From an uncultured Verrucomicrobiae bacterium (GTDB lineage: Bacteria > Verrucomicrobiota > Verrucomicrobiia > Opitutales > JABDGR01): a stretch of 64,000 nucleotides of DNA. Below are positions 42,685-51,927 of this stretch, in pieces. The notes beneath the pieces were generated by a model, which was given only the letters and a program-made list of their open reading frames with translations, was not told where the DNA came from and did not search any database. Where the stretch lies: contig CAVXVB010000008.1 in the NCBI GenBank assembly GCA_963765205.1, forward strand, positions 256,001-320,000, written 5' to 3'. A program made the translations under genes and the position numbers. Within the stretch, counting starts at the first letter, position 1, and each line of letters starts with the position of its first letter.

Positions 42685-44473
42685 ATGGACAAAGCGCAAA
42701 TCGTGGGGGTGCTGGAGGAGATCGCGACGCTGCTCGAGCTGACCGGGGAGAACCCGTTCAAGGTGCGGGCGTATCAGAATGGCGCGCGGGCGTTGGGTGC
42801 GCTCGAGGATGACTTGGGCGCGCGCATCGCGGCGGGCACGCTGGGCGAGGTCCCGGGGTTGGGCGAGGCGCTGGTGGAAAAAATCACCGCGCTCTACCAG
42901 ACCGGGCAGTTGCCTTATTACGACAAATTGAAGGCGAGCGTGCAGCCGGGCCTCATCGAAATGCTCGAGGTGCCGGGGTTGGGGCCGAAGAAAATCATGG
43001 CGCTGCACAAGCAACTCGGCGTGGATTCGCTGGCAAAACTGGCGGCGGCGTGCGCGGCGGGGAAGGTGGCGGCGCTGCCGGGCTTTGGCCAAAAGACGCA
43101 GGATAATATATTGCTGGGCATCCAGCACCGGGAGGCCTACAGCCGCCGGCATTTATGGTGGGACGCGTGGCTCGCGATGGAGCCGATTTTGCAGGGTCTG
43201 GCGAAGGTTAAGGGCGTTGAGCGCGTGTCGCACGCGGGGAGTTTGCGCCGCGCGCTGGAGACGGTGGGCGATTTGGACATTCTGGTGGCGGCGGAACATC
43301 CGGCGGCGGCGATGGCATGGTTCACGACGCAGCCGGGGGTCGCGGAGGTGACGGGCCAGGGCGAGACAAAGGCGAGCGTGCGGCTCAAGGACGGAATGCA
43401 GGCGGATTTGCGCGTGGTGCCGCTGAAGCAATATTATTTCGCGCTGCACCACTTCACCGGGTCGAAGGATCACAATGTGAAAATGCGGTCGCGCGCGCTG
43501 GCGCGGGGCCTGAGCCTGAGCGAATGGGGCCTGACCAAGAAGGACGACCCGACGGCGGGCGGGCCGGGTGCCGTCAGCGTGCTGACGCCGCACAGCGAGG
43601 ATGATATTTTTAAACAACTCGGCCTGCATCCGATCCCGCCGGAATTGCGCGAGGGGCTGGATGAAATCGAGCGCGCGGAAAAGGGACCGCTGCCGCGGTT
43701 GCTGGAGGAGGGCGATTTGCGCGGGGCCTTCCACAACCACACGGTGGCGTCCGACGGCCACGCCACGCTCGAGGAAATGGCGGCGGGGGCGGACGCGCTG
43801 GGTTGGGAATACCTGGGGCATCGCGGACCATTCGAAGTCGTCCTTCCAGGCGCATGGCTTGAGCGAGGAGCAACTGCTGGCGCAGGCGGAAAAAATCCAC
43901 GCGCTGAACTCGGCAAAGAAATTTCACGTCCACGTTTTCGCCGGCACGGAATGCGACATTCTCAAGGACGGCGAGCTGGACTACGATGACGGCGTGCTGG
44001 CGAAGCTGGATTACGTGGTGGCGTCAGTCCACAACCGTTACGGGCAGGGCGAGGACGAGGCGGCGATGACGAAGCGCCTCGTGCGCGCGCTCGAGCACCC
44101 GCGCGTGACGATGCTGGGCCACCTGACCGGGCGGCTGTTGCTGCGGCGCGAGGGCTACGCGGTGAACATCGGCAAGGTCATTGACGCCGCGGCCGCCAAC
44201 GGGAAGATGATTGAACTGAACGCGCAGCCGCAGCGGTTGGACATGGATTGGCGGCATTGGCGGCGCGCCGCGGAGCAGGGCGTGATGTGCGTCATCAACC
44301 CCGACGCGCACAGCGTGGCGGACCTGGGCTATGTGCGGCTGGGCGTGCTGATCGCGCGGAAAGGCTGGCTGGCGAAGGAGCAGGTGTTTAATACGCGCCC
44401 GCTGGCCGAGGTTGGCAAAACGCTCAAAGTCAAAACGCCGAAACACAGCGCGTCCACCCGACGAGGCACTTAA
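42685..44473 (+). pseudogene. polX: DNA polymerase X / PHP, frameshift at a G-run near 43815-43818
   Basis: GSLRR, GDLD, HFTGSK.HN and H.HT.ASDG motifs; removing one G restores YLGIADHS; INPDAH. Confidence 0.9.
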
Positions 44474-44940
44474 AGGGCCTTCGCGCCAAATTTGTTGGGG
44501 CCTTCAACGCCTTTGGCCAGCCCGAGCCAGAGCATGAGGACGAGAGCAAGCGCGCCGCCGGCCACCGCCGCGCGAGCAGGATGGCTTTTCACGAACACGA
44601 GGGCCACAGCGGGCAGCATATTCAACACGATCATGGCGGCGGGCAGGCCGAGGTCGTGCCAGCGTTTGGCACAGACAGACAGCCAGATCCAGAGCGGCAG
44701 GCAGGCGAGCACCCCGCCCACCAGCCATAATTGACTCGGGATGACAACGGCGCTGGAGGCAGCTGGCTCAGAGCTGGTCGCCGGAGGGGCCGTGACAATC
44801 CACAGCCCGAGCAGGATAACACTGAAGAGCACACAGAGCAGCGCGCAGGCAGCCCAGCCGTCCCAAAACGTCGCGCGGCGGATGCGGCCGCGGAAGGAGA
44901 ACAGCACACTGCGGTCTTCAATAATGACTTCAGAAGCCAT
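44470..44940 (-). CDS. DUF805 membrane protein
   Basis: FSF.GRI.R..FW, KRWHDL and GPNKFG. Confidence 0.85.
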   Translation of the reverse strand: MASEVIIEDRSVLFSFRGRIRRATFWDGWAACALLCVLFSVILLGLWIVTAPPATSSEPAASSAVVIPSQLWLVGGVLACLPLWIWLSVCAKRWHDLGLPAAMIVLNMLPAVALVFVKSHPARAAVAGGALALVLMLWLGLAKGVEGPNKFGAKAL

Positions 44941-44973
44941 GGGCGGAAGGGGATCGCGGCAGGCCCGGCTGGA

Positions 44974-45534
44974 TTAAGCGGCCGGCTTGCCGTATTCGTT
45001 CGCGCCGGGGTGGCCCTTGCCAAAGCCCAGGTAGAAAAAGGAGCCGATGGTGGCGCAGGCGGCGGTCAGCACCGTGGCACTCAGGAAATTAGCCCGGTAG
45101 TCGTGGTAGGCGGACGTAAAGATGGCGAAGGTGTTGGCGTGCGGGTCGGTGATCAGGTGGCGGATCGCATCGCGATCCACGGAGTCCAAGTAGGTCAACA
45201 CCGCCAGGCCGAGGCAGACCACGGGGACGATATTGACGATGGCGAGCCAGCCGGGATAGCTGAGGTCGTGCCAGCGTTTCGAGCAAATGGCGAAGAGCGT
45301 CCAATTCGCGAAGATCCAGTGCAGAAACAGCATCGCGGAGGCGAGGAAATGATAAACAACGTGCTCGGTGTCGCTGACGTTGCGGGCCAAATAATCATCA
45401 ATGGGACAGGAGATGATGGCGACCTCGATCATGAGCAGGGCGATGTTGAGCAACAGCCAAGCCACGATGCCTTCCCAAAAGGTCAAGCGCTTGAAGCGCC
45501 CGCTGGGGGAAAAAAAGTTAAGCAGAAGAGTCAT
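44974..45534 (-). CDS. DUF805 membrane protein (tandem paralog)
   Basis: FS.SGR..R..FW, KRWHDL and GANEYG. Confidence 0.85.
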   Translation of the reverse strand: MTLLLNFFSPSGRFKRLTFWEGIVAWLLLNIALLMIEVAIISCPIDDYLARNVSDTEHVVYHFLASAMLFLHWIFANWTLFAICSKRWHDLSYPGWLAIVNIVPVVCLGLAVLTYLDSVDRDAIRHLITDPHANTFAIFTSAYHDYRANFLSATVLTAACATIGSFFYLGFGKGHPGANEYGKPAA

Positions 45535-45675
45535 GTGGGCCAACGGGGGAAACAATACCGGCCCGGCGGCGATGGAACCGGCGGGAACGGGAAGGCGGCC
45601 AGCATGGAGTTTTTTTTGGTGGCGGTCAAGAAATCTAAGTTGCCAGCCGGGGTGAATTGCGCGATACTCGGGGGC

Positions 45676-46233
45676 ATGGGACAATCGCCCTTAAAAACCT
45701 GCGCGCAGTGCGGCGCGGCCGCCAAAGTCTTTGTCAGCGTGGTTCACGGTGGCAAGGTGACGGCGGCGGCTTGGTGCGAGGAGCATGCGGCCGTGGCAGG
45801 CGTGCTGGACGGGCAGGGCTATGCGTTGCTCGAGGCGGCGGAAATACCGGGAACGCGCCGCGGGGAGAATTCCCTCCGTTGCCCGGTGTGCGATTGCAGC
45901 CAGCGGGATTTTGAGCGGCAGGGGCGCTTCGGCTGCCCGGCATGCTACACGGCCTTTGCGGGCTTGCTGCCACCGCTGTTGGGCAAAATGCACCGCGACA
46001 TCGAGCACCGCGGCAAAATTCCCCTGCGCGGCGCCGGGCCGGCCGCCGTGCGCCACCGCCTGGCCATGCTCCAGGAGGAATTGAAGCAGGCCGTCCGCAC
46101 CCAGGAATTTGAAGGGGCGGCACAGACACGGGACGCCATCGCCCTGCTCCAGACCAAGCTGCCGGCCGCGGCCGAAGCGCCCTCGCCCACCCTCTCGCCG
46201 AACTCCTTGCCGCTGAAGACGAAGGGTGCGTGA
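45676..46233 (+). CDS. mcsA: McsA-like zinc-finger/UVR-domain protein
   Basis: CAQC, CPVC, GRFGCPACY..F, H.GK.P and UVR (EFE.AA..RD.I). Confidence 0.75.
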   Translation: MGQSPLKTCAQCGAAAKVFVSVVHGGKVTAAAWCEEHAAVAGVLDGQGYALLEAAEIPGTRRGENSLRCPVCDCSQRDFERQGRFGCPACYTAFAGLLPPLLGKMHRDIEHRGKIPLRGAGPAAVRHRLAMLQEELKQAVRTQEFEGAAQTRDAIALLQTKLPAAAEAPSPTLSPNSLPLKTKGA

Positions 46234-46283
46234 GCCGGCCGGATTCGGTCCAGTCTTGACCGAAAAAACCCGCGAGCAAACCC

Positions 46284-46604
46284 ATGAATCTTGATAACGT
46301 CGTCCAACTGCTGCTGCAACTGCTCCACTGGCTGGCCATCTCCGCGGGAATCGGCGTTCCGCTGATTTTTTGCGCCTATGTGGTGATTACCCCGACAGAC
46401 CGCCTCGTGTTCGCTTGGCAGAATTACCGGATGCGCCGCCAACCCCACCGGGCACTGAAGGACCGGCACTTCAAGGGCTTACCGAGGAAAATCCGCTGGT
46501 GCAAATTCATCTGCGTGTTTGGCTTTCTTTTCTTCCTCGTGCTGGCCCTGGAACAGTTCCATGTGGACGTGATCAGTCTGGTCGAACGGGCCGCCAGCAA
46601 GTGA
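46284..46604 (+). CDS. Small two-TM hypothetical protein
   Basis: Two hydrophobic segments with a basic loop. Confidence 0.6.
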   Translation: MNLDNVVQLLLQLLHWLAISAGIGVPLIFCAYVVITPTDRLVFAWQNYRMRRQPHRALKDRHFKGLPRKIRWCKFICVFGFLFFLVLALEQFHVDVISLVERAASK

Positions 46605-46605
46605 G

Positions 46606-47100
46606 GTGGCGGTCGCACGACCGGAGATTGCCATGGGCGCGAAAGCGGCCCATGCTGCGGGCATGACTGGCTGGGCCGCAAAGATACGCAAGGATATCAC
46701 CGCGCGCTGGCGGTGGTTTTGGGGGCAGCGCGGACTGCCGGATACACTGGCCAGTGAACGCGGGCGCCTCGGCGAGGAGGCCGCCGCGCGGTTTGTGCGC
46801 CAGCGGGGCTGGAAAATCGTCGCCCGCAACTGGCGGCATGGGCGCGACGAGCTGGACTTGGTGGCGTGGGACGGGGCGGTGCTGGTTTTTGCCGAGGTGC
46901 GGGCGCGAGAGGCGCGCGCAACCGTCTCCGGTTACCATTCGGTGACGAGGAGGAAAAAAAATGCGCTGGCGCGGGCCATCCGGGCCTACCGGCGGGGGAT
47001 GGCGCAGCCGCCGGCGCATTTTCGCTTCGACATTGTCGAAGTGAAAGTCTCTGATGGGGTGGCCGGCGAGGTGCTGCTGCATGCCAACATTCCGCTGTAG
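46606..47100 (+). CDS. yraN: YraN/UPF0102 family protein (start uncertain)
   Basis: G..GE..A, RNWR....ELDL, VF.EV and RFDIV. Confidence 0.85.
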   Translation: MAVARPEIAMGAKAAHAAGMTGWAAKIRKDITARWRWFWGQRGLPDTLASERGRLGEEAAARFVRQRGWKIVARNWRHGRDELDLVAWDGAVLVFAEVRAREARATVSGYHSVTRRKKNALARAIRAYRRGMAQPPAHFRFDIVEVKVSDGVAGEVLLHANIPL

Positions 47101-47141
47101 CCGGGATACTTCCGTCCACCCATAATTTCTATTTTTCATTT

Positions 47142-48689
47142 ATGGTCGAACCTCCCCGTCATCCGTTCCTGCAAGGCTTAAGCAAGCATCGCGGCGCGCC
47201 GCCGACGATCCTCGTCATCTTCGGCGCGTCGGGCGACCTGTGCGCGCGCAAACTCGTGCCGGCCATCTTCAACCTGGCGGCGGACAACCTGCTGTCGTCC
47301 GATTTTTACCTCGTCGGCTTTGGGCGCAAGCCGATCTCCGACGACGCGTTCCGCGCGGAAACCGCCAAGGACATCAAGCAGTTTTCCCGCCGGCCGCTGA
47401 TGGAGGACGTGTGGTCGCGCGTGCAGGCGAACACGTTTTACATCGCCGGCAATTACGACGACCCGAAGGCATTCCAAACGCTGTTTGAGAAAATTGACGC
47501 GATCGAGAAAAAACTCGGGCGCGATTTGCAGAGCGTGTTCTACATCTCGACGCCGCCGACCGTGTTCAAGCCCATTCTCGAGGGCCTCGGCGCCAGCGGC
47601 CTCGCCAAGCGGCACGCCGACACGCCCATGGCCTCGAAGATGATCATTGAAAAGCCGTTCGGGCGCGACCTGGCCAGCGCGCAGGACTTGAACCGCATCA
47701 TCCGCAACCAGTTTGAGGAATCGCAGGCCTACCGCATTGACCATTACCTGGGCAAGGAGACGGTGCAGGATTTGCTCGTGCTGCGCTTTGCCAACACGAT
47801 TTTTGAGCCGATTTGGAACCGGCGCTACGTGGATTGCGTGCAAATCACCGTGGCCGAGGATTTGGGCGTCGGCGAGCGTGCCGGGTATTACGACCAGTCC
47901 GGCGCCTTGCGCGACATGATCCAGAACCACACCATGCAGTTGCTCTCGCTCGTGGCGATGGAGCCGCCGGTGTCGCTGAGCGCCGAGGACATTCGCGACG
48001 AAAAGGTCAAACTCCTCAAGGCCATCCAGCCGGTCAAACTGCGCGCGGAGGGCGGCGACGTGGTGCGTGCGCAATACGCCGAAGGACTTATTCAGGGTCA
48101 AAAGGTGCCTGGTTACATGCAGGAGGCCGACGTTCCGGCGACCTCCATTACGGAGACTTACGCGGCGGTGCGGCTGGCGATTGAAAACTGGCGCTGGCAG
48201 GGCGTGCCATTCTATCTGCGCTCGGGCAAACGCCTGGCGCGGCGCGTGTCGGAAATCGCCATCCAGTTCAAGCGCCCGGCGGGGATTTTGTTCGCGGACA
48301 ACGAGCGCTTCAACGTCGCGGCCAACACCCTCGTCATCCAAATCCAGCCGGACGAGGGGACGACGCTGCTGATGAACTCGAAGGTGCCCGGCCTCGAAAC
48401 GCGCACCCAGCCGGTGAAGATGTATTTCCGCTACGCGACGACCTTCGGCTCGAACACGCCCGAGGCCTATGAGCGCCTCATCCTCGACTGCATCATCTCC
48501 GACTCGACGCTCTTCATCCGCGGCGACGAAACAGAAACGTCCTGGCGGCTCTACACACCGATCCTCGATTTCTGGCAGGAGAGCGGGCGGCGCGGGCTGG
48601 AGAGCTACGCGGCTGGCTCGTGGGGGCCGCTCGCCTCCGAGCGACTCGTCTGGGAAAACCACCATGAATGGCGCCGCGCGGGGCCGTAA
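47142..48689 (+). CDS. zwf: Glucose-6-phosphate 1-dehydrogenase
   Basis: GASGDL, EKPFG and RIDHYLGKE. Confidence 0.98.
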   Translation: MVEPPRHPFLQGLSKHRGAPPTILVIFGASGDLCARKLVPAIFNLAADNLLSSDFYLVGFGRKPISDDAFRAETAKDIKQFSRRPLMEDVWSRVQANTFYIAGNYDDPKAFQTLFEKIDAIEKKLGRDLQSVFYISTPPTVFKPILEGLGASGLAKRHADTPMASKMIIEKPFGRDLASAQDLNRIIRNQFEESQAYRIDHYLGKETVQDLLVLRFANTIFEPIWNRRYVDCVQITVAEDLGVGERAGYYDQSGALRDMIQNHTMQLLSLVAMEPPVSLSAEDIRDEKVKLLKAIQPVKLRAEGGDVVRAQYAEGLIQGQKVPGYMQEADVPATSITETYAAVRLAIENWRWQGVPFYLRSGKRLARRVSEIAIQFKRPAGILFADNERFNVAANTLVIQIQPDEGTTLLMNSKVPGLETRTQPVKMYFRYATTFGSNTPEAYERLILDCIISDSTLFIRGDETETSWRLYTPILDFWQESGRRGLESYAAGSWGPLASERLVWENHHEWRRAGP

Positions 48690-48694
48690 TCCAC

Positions 48695-49690
48695 ATGTCC
48701 ACTTTACTTGATGTGCTGCCGGGGATTGCGCTGCGGGTGACCGAAGTGCCGGGGATGCTGTCGAAAATGTGGCAGGGCGACCCGGGCTCCGGGCCGGAGG
48801 CGCCGTCGGCGTTCCGCGCGTCGCAGATGAATCTGGTGCTGCAATTCGGCTTGGCGACGACGGGGGAAGAGGCGCTGCGCGTCTTCGACCAAGCCATTGA
48901 GTTCGCGCAGGTGTATCCCTGCCGCATCCTCGCGCTGTGCCCGGCCAAGGAGGCGAGCGACGCGGTGTTCATGGAGGCGAAACTTTTTTCGCAATGCTAC
49001 ATCGGGCCGAGCACGCGGCAGATGTGCTGTTGCGAGGCGCTGCTGCTCGGCTACCCCGTCCACACCGCCGGTTTTTTGGAAAACCAGGCGATGATCTGGC
49101 TTGAGAGCGATTTGCCCATCTACCACTGGCTGCACCGCGTGCCCGCCCGGCGCGTCGAGGAAATTTACCTGCCCTACCTGAAACTTTGCACGCGCGTGGT
49201 GTTCGATTCGTGCATCGAGGGGCCGGACTACGTCAAGGCCCACTGGCCCAAGCCCGACGCGGTGATGGATCTCGCCTTCGCGCGGCTGCTGCCGGTGCGC
49301 CAGTCCATCGGCCAGTTTTTGAGCGGCTACGATCCGGCCGCGCTGGTGGACGGCCTCACGCACGTCGAGTGCCGCTACGCCTTCGGCGCGGATGGCGAAG
49401 CGGCGAACCTGCTGCGCTGGCAGGAAAGCTGCCTCGAACATTGCGAAAAAAACGGCGAGCACTGCGACGAGATGACCTTTTCCACCAAGCTGCTCGACCC
49501 CGCCTCGCCCAACGCGCTCGAAGTCGAATGGCACTACGGCGCCGGCCCGAAAAATTTCCTGTGGACACACGCGAAGGATTGCGACGCCGTGCGCCTCCGC
49601 GCCAATTTCGGCAAAGGCCCGGTGGATTTGCCCCAGCACGTCAAACCCATGCCGCGGGTAAGAGAATTGGCCGAGGCGTTGTTTTTTTGA
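48695..49690 (+). CDS. opcA: OpcA-like G6PD assembly/redox protein
   Basis: Directly after zwf; RA..MNLV, PCRI, SDLP...W, RVVFDS and DLA.ARL. Confidence 0.75.
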   Translation: MSTLLDVLPGIALRVTEVPGMLSKMWQGDPGSGPEAPSAFRASQMNLVLQFGLATTGEEALRVFDQAIEFAQVYPCRILALCPAKEASDAVFMEAKLFSQCYIGPSTRQMCCCEALLLGYPVHTAGFLENQAMIWLESDLPIYHWLHRVPARRVEEIYLPYLKLCTRVVFDSCIEGPDYVKAHWPKPDAVMDLAFARLLPVRQSIGQFLSGYDPAALVDGLTHVECRYAFGADGEAANLLRWQESCLEHCEKNGEHCDEMTFSTKLLDPASPNALEVEWHYGAGPKNFLWTHAKDCDAVRLRANFGKGPVDLPQHVKPMPRVRELAEALFF

Positions 49691-49748
49691 ATCTAGAATT
49701 TGGCATGATAGAACTTGATTTAATGGCTATTTTGCGTAGAATGTCCTT

Positions 49749-49979
49749 ATGAACGCCCAAGCAACTCTGAAGGAAATCCTCGCTTTGCCCGAGGAAGACC
49801 GCCGTTGGCTGGCCGAGGAAATTGCGGCCAGCCTGCCGGAACAGGACGAGGATTTTGAGCTTACGCCAGAATTTAAGGCCGAGTTAAATCGCCGCCTTTC
49901 CGAACATGAAGCCAACCCCAATTCCGGCATCCCCTGGAACGAAGCCAAAGCCCGGGTTTTGGCCCGCCTGCGCAAATGA
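49749..49979 (+). CDS. Addiction-module antitoxin
   Basis: LP.EDR..LAE, ELNRRL and IPWNE.K motifs; overlaps the toxin. Confidence 0.85.
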   Translation: MNAQATLKEILALPEEDRRWLAEEIAASLPEQDEDFELTPEFKAELNRRLSEHEANPNSGIPWNEAKARVLARLRK

Positions 49980-50275
49980 CGCGGAAAACAATCTGGCGCA
50001 GCGCTGCCTTGCAAGAATTGGCCGACGCAAGCTTGTGGTATGAAAATGAACGACCTGGCTTGGGCGAGGAATTTGTCGAAGCGGTTGACCTTTTGCTTGC
50101 TGGCGTCCAGTCCAATCCGCAGTTTTTTCGCGAAGTTTTACCGCCGATTCGGCGCGTCCTCATGAAACGATTCCCCTATCTCGTGTTCTTTTACGAAGGC
50201 AACGGCCAGATCGTTGTTCTTTCCATTCACCATGCGAAGCGTAATCCTGCAGTTTGGAGAAGCCGCCACGAATAA
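49976..50275 (+). CDS. RelE/ParE family toxin
   Basis: A..EL..A..WYE....GLG.EF, RFPY and H.KR.P..W. Confidence 0.9.
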   Translation: MTRKTIWRSAALQELADASLWYENERPGLGEEFVEAVDLLLAGVQSNPQFFREVLPPIRRVLMKRFPYLVFFYEGNGQIVVLSIHHAKRNPAVWRSRHE

Positions 50276-50309
50276 TTCGTGAAGTCTCCTTGCTTTATTC
50301 ATACCAACC

Positions 50310-51038
50310 ATGCGCTCAATTCCCACCGATTACGGCCTGCTGCGCGTGGGGTCGCTTGACGACACTTTTCACGCCATCGTGGATGAGTTGCGCGGCGCGG
50401 TGGCGGCGAAGGGCGCGCCGATCACCGTCGGGTTGTCGGGGGGTTCGACGCCGAAGGCGTTTTACCAATGGGCGGTGCGCACGCAGGCGCTGCCCGCCGC
50501 CGTCTGGCAAAATTGCCTCTGGCTGACGAGCGACGAGCGCTGCGTGCCGCTGGCCTCCGACGAATCGAACTTCGGCAATGCCGACCGGCTGCTGCTAACG
50601 CCGCTGGGCGTGCCGGACGCGGCGAAAATTCCGTGGCCGGTTGATTTGCCGCCCGCGGACAGCGCCACGGCTTTCAATAAAATGTGGAACGCCCGCTTAG
50701 GCCCGCAACTGGGTTTCGATGTGTGCTTCCTCGGCATGGGCGACGACGGGCACACGGCGTCGCTGTGTCCGGGCTGCCCGCTCCTCGGCTCCGGGCTGGC
50801 GGACAATTTTGCGGCGGTCGAGTGGCCGGGGCGCGGCTGGCGGCTGACCATTACCGAGGCCGGGCTGGCGCGGTGCGGGCGCGTGGTTGTCATTACCAAC
50901 GGCGCGAACAAGGCCGCGGTGCTCAAAGCGATTCTGCGCGGGCCGTATGACCCGAAAAAACTGCCGTCACAAATCCACCGGGCCTACGCGGCGCGCGTGA
51001 CCTGGCTGGTGGACGAAGCGGCGGCGGCGGAATTATAA
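50310..51038 (+). CDS. pgl: 6-phosphogluconolactonase
   Basis: LSGGSTP, DERCVP...ESN and GMGDDGHTASL. Confidence 0.92.
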   Translation: MRSIPTDYGLLRVGSLDDTFHAIVDELRGAVAAKGAPITVGLSGGSTPKAFYQWAVRTQALPAAVWQNCLWLTSDERCVPLASDESNFGNADRLLLTPLGVPDAAKIPWPVDLPPADSATAFNKMWNARLGPQLGFDVCFLGMGDDGHTASLCPGCPLLGSGLADNFAAVEWPGRGWRLTITEAGLARCGRVVVITNGANKAAVLKAILRGPYDPKKLPSQIHRAYAARVTWLVDEAAAAEL

Positions 51039-51121
51039 AGTTTCGAGTTTCGGGTTTCGAGTTTTCCTCTCCTCGCGTCATTAAGTACTTGAGTTCTCAT
51101 TTCGTCTTGCCGCCCCCGAGT

Positions 51122-51184
51122 TTCAGCATTCAGCATTCAGCATTCAGCATTCAGCATTCAGCATTCAGCATTCAGCATTCAGCA
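51122..51184. repeat. Perfect tandem repeat (TTCAGCA)x9
   Basis: 63 bp counted directly, ending 55 bp upstream of grpE. Confidence 0.95.
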
Positions 51185-51239
51185 TTTCCCTATTTCCCTT
51201 GCGCCAAGCCGCGCAAGGGCGTAGTTTTACCAGTTCTGC

Positions 51240-51803
51240 ATGAGCAAATCGCCCCATACCCACTCCGCCGATGCGGGGGAAAATCCCGCGCCCCAGGCCG
51301 TCCCGTCGCCGGAGACGGGGGCGTTGCTGGCGCAGTTGGACACCGCGCTGGCCGACGCGGCCAAATATAAAGACCAGTGCCTGCGCTCAATGGCGGATTT
51401 GGACAATTTCCGCCGCCGCGCCGCGCGCGACAAGGAGGACACCCGCCGCGCTGCCGCCGCCGCGCTGCTCGAGGACTTGCTGCCTGCGCTCGATAATTTG
51501 CGCCTGGGCCTCCAATCGGCGATGCAAGCACACCCGGAGGCCAAGGCCGTGATTGACGGCATCAAACTCGTCGCCGACCAGTTGCGCGGCGTGCTCACGC
51601 AGCATGGCTTGAAGGAAATCGAGCCGCTGGGCGAGGCCTTCGACGCGAAATTCCACGAGGCCGTCGCCCAGCAACCGAGCGAGCGCATCCCCGAGGGCCA
51701 CGTCATGCAAGTGCTGCGCCCAGGCTATTTGCTGAACGATCGGCTGCTCCGCGCGGCCAGCGTGATCCTGTCGTCCGGGCCGGGGCCGGAAATTAAGAAG
51801 TAA
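51240..51803 (+). CDS. grpE: Nucleotide exchange factor GrpE
   Basis: AD.DNFRRR, LLP.LDN, FD...HEA and GY.L.DRLLR.A.V. Confidence 0.95.
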   Translation: MSKSPHTHSADAGENPAPQAVPSPETGALLAQLDTALADAAKYKDQCLRSMADLDNFRRRAARDKEDTRRAAAAALLEDLLPALDNLRLGLQSAMQAHPEAKAVIDGIKLVADQLRGVLTQHGLKEIEPLGEAFDAKFHEAVAQQPSERIPEGHVMQVLRPGYLLNDRLLRAASVILSSGPGPEIKK

Positions 51804-51917
51804 AAGTTAAGAATTAAGCAAGGCCGCCACGAGACCCAACACCATCCCTCCCGTCCATGCGTCAATTTAGTTTTGATTTCGGCATTTTAATTCTTAATTC
51901 ATAACTCTTAATTCTTA
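51791..51917. repeat. GAATTAA / TTAATTC inverted heptamer element between grpE and purA
   Basis: aattaagaagtaaaagttaagaattaag ... ttttaattcttaattcataactcttaattctt. Confidence 0.75.
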
Positions 51918-51927
51918 CTTTTCCCGC

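Noticed and set aside
44731..45675. N-terminal extension of the 500-aa ORF
   Set aside because: Antisense to the two DUF805 genes; the McsA-like protein starts at 45676
51122..51184. Possible CRISPR array
   Set aside because: Contiguous 7-mer units with no spacers and no cas genes
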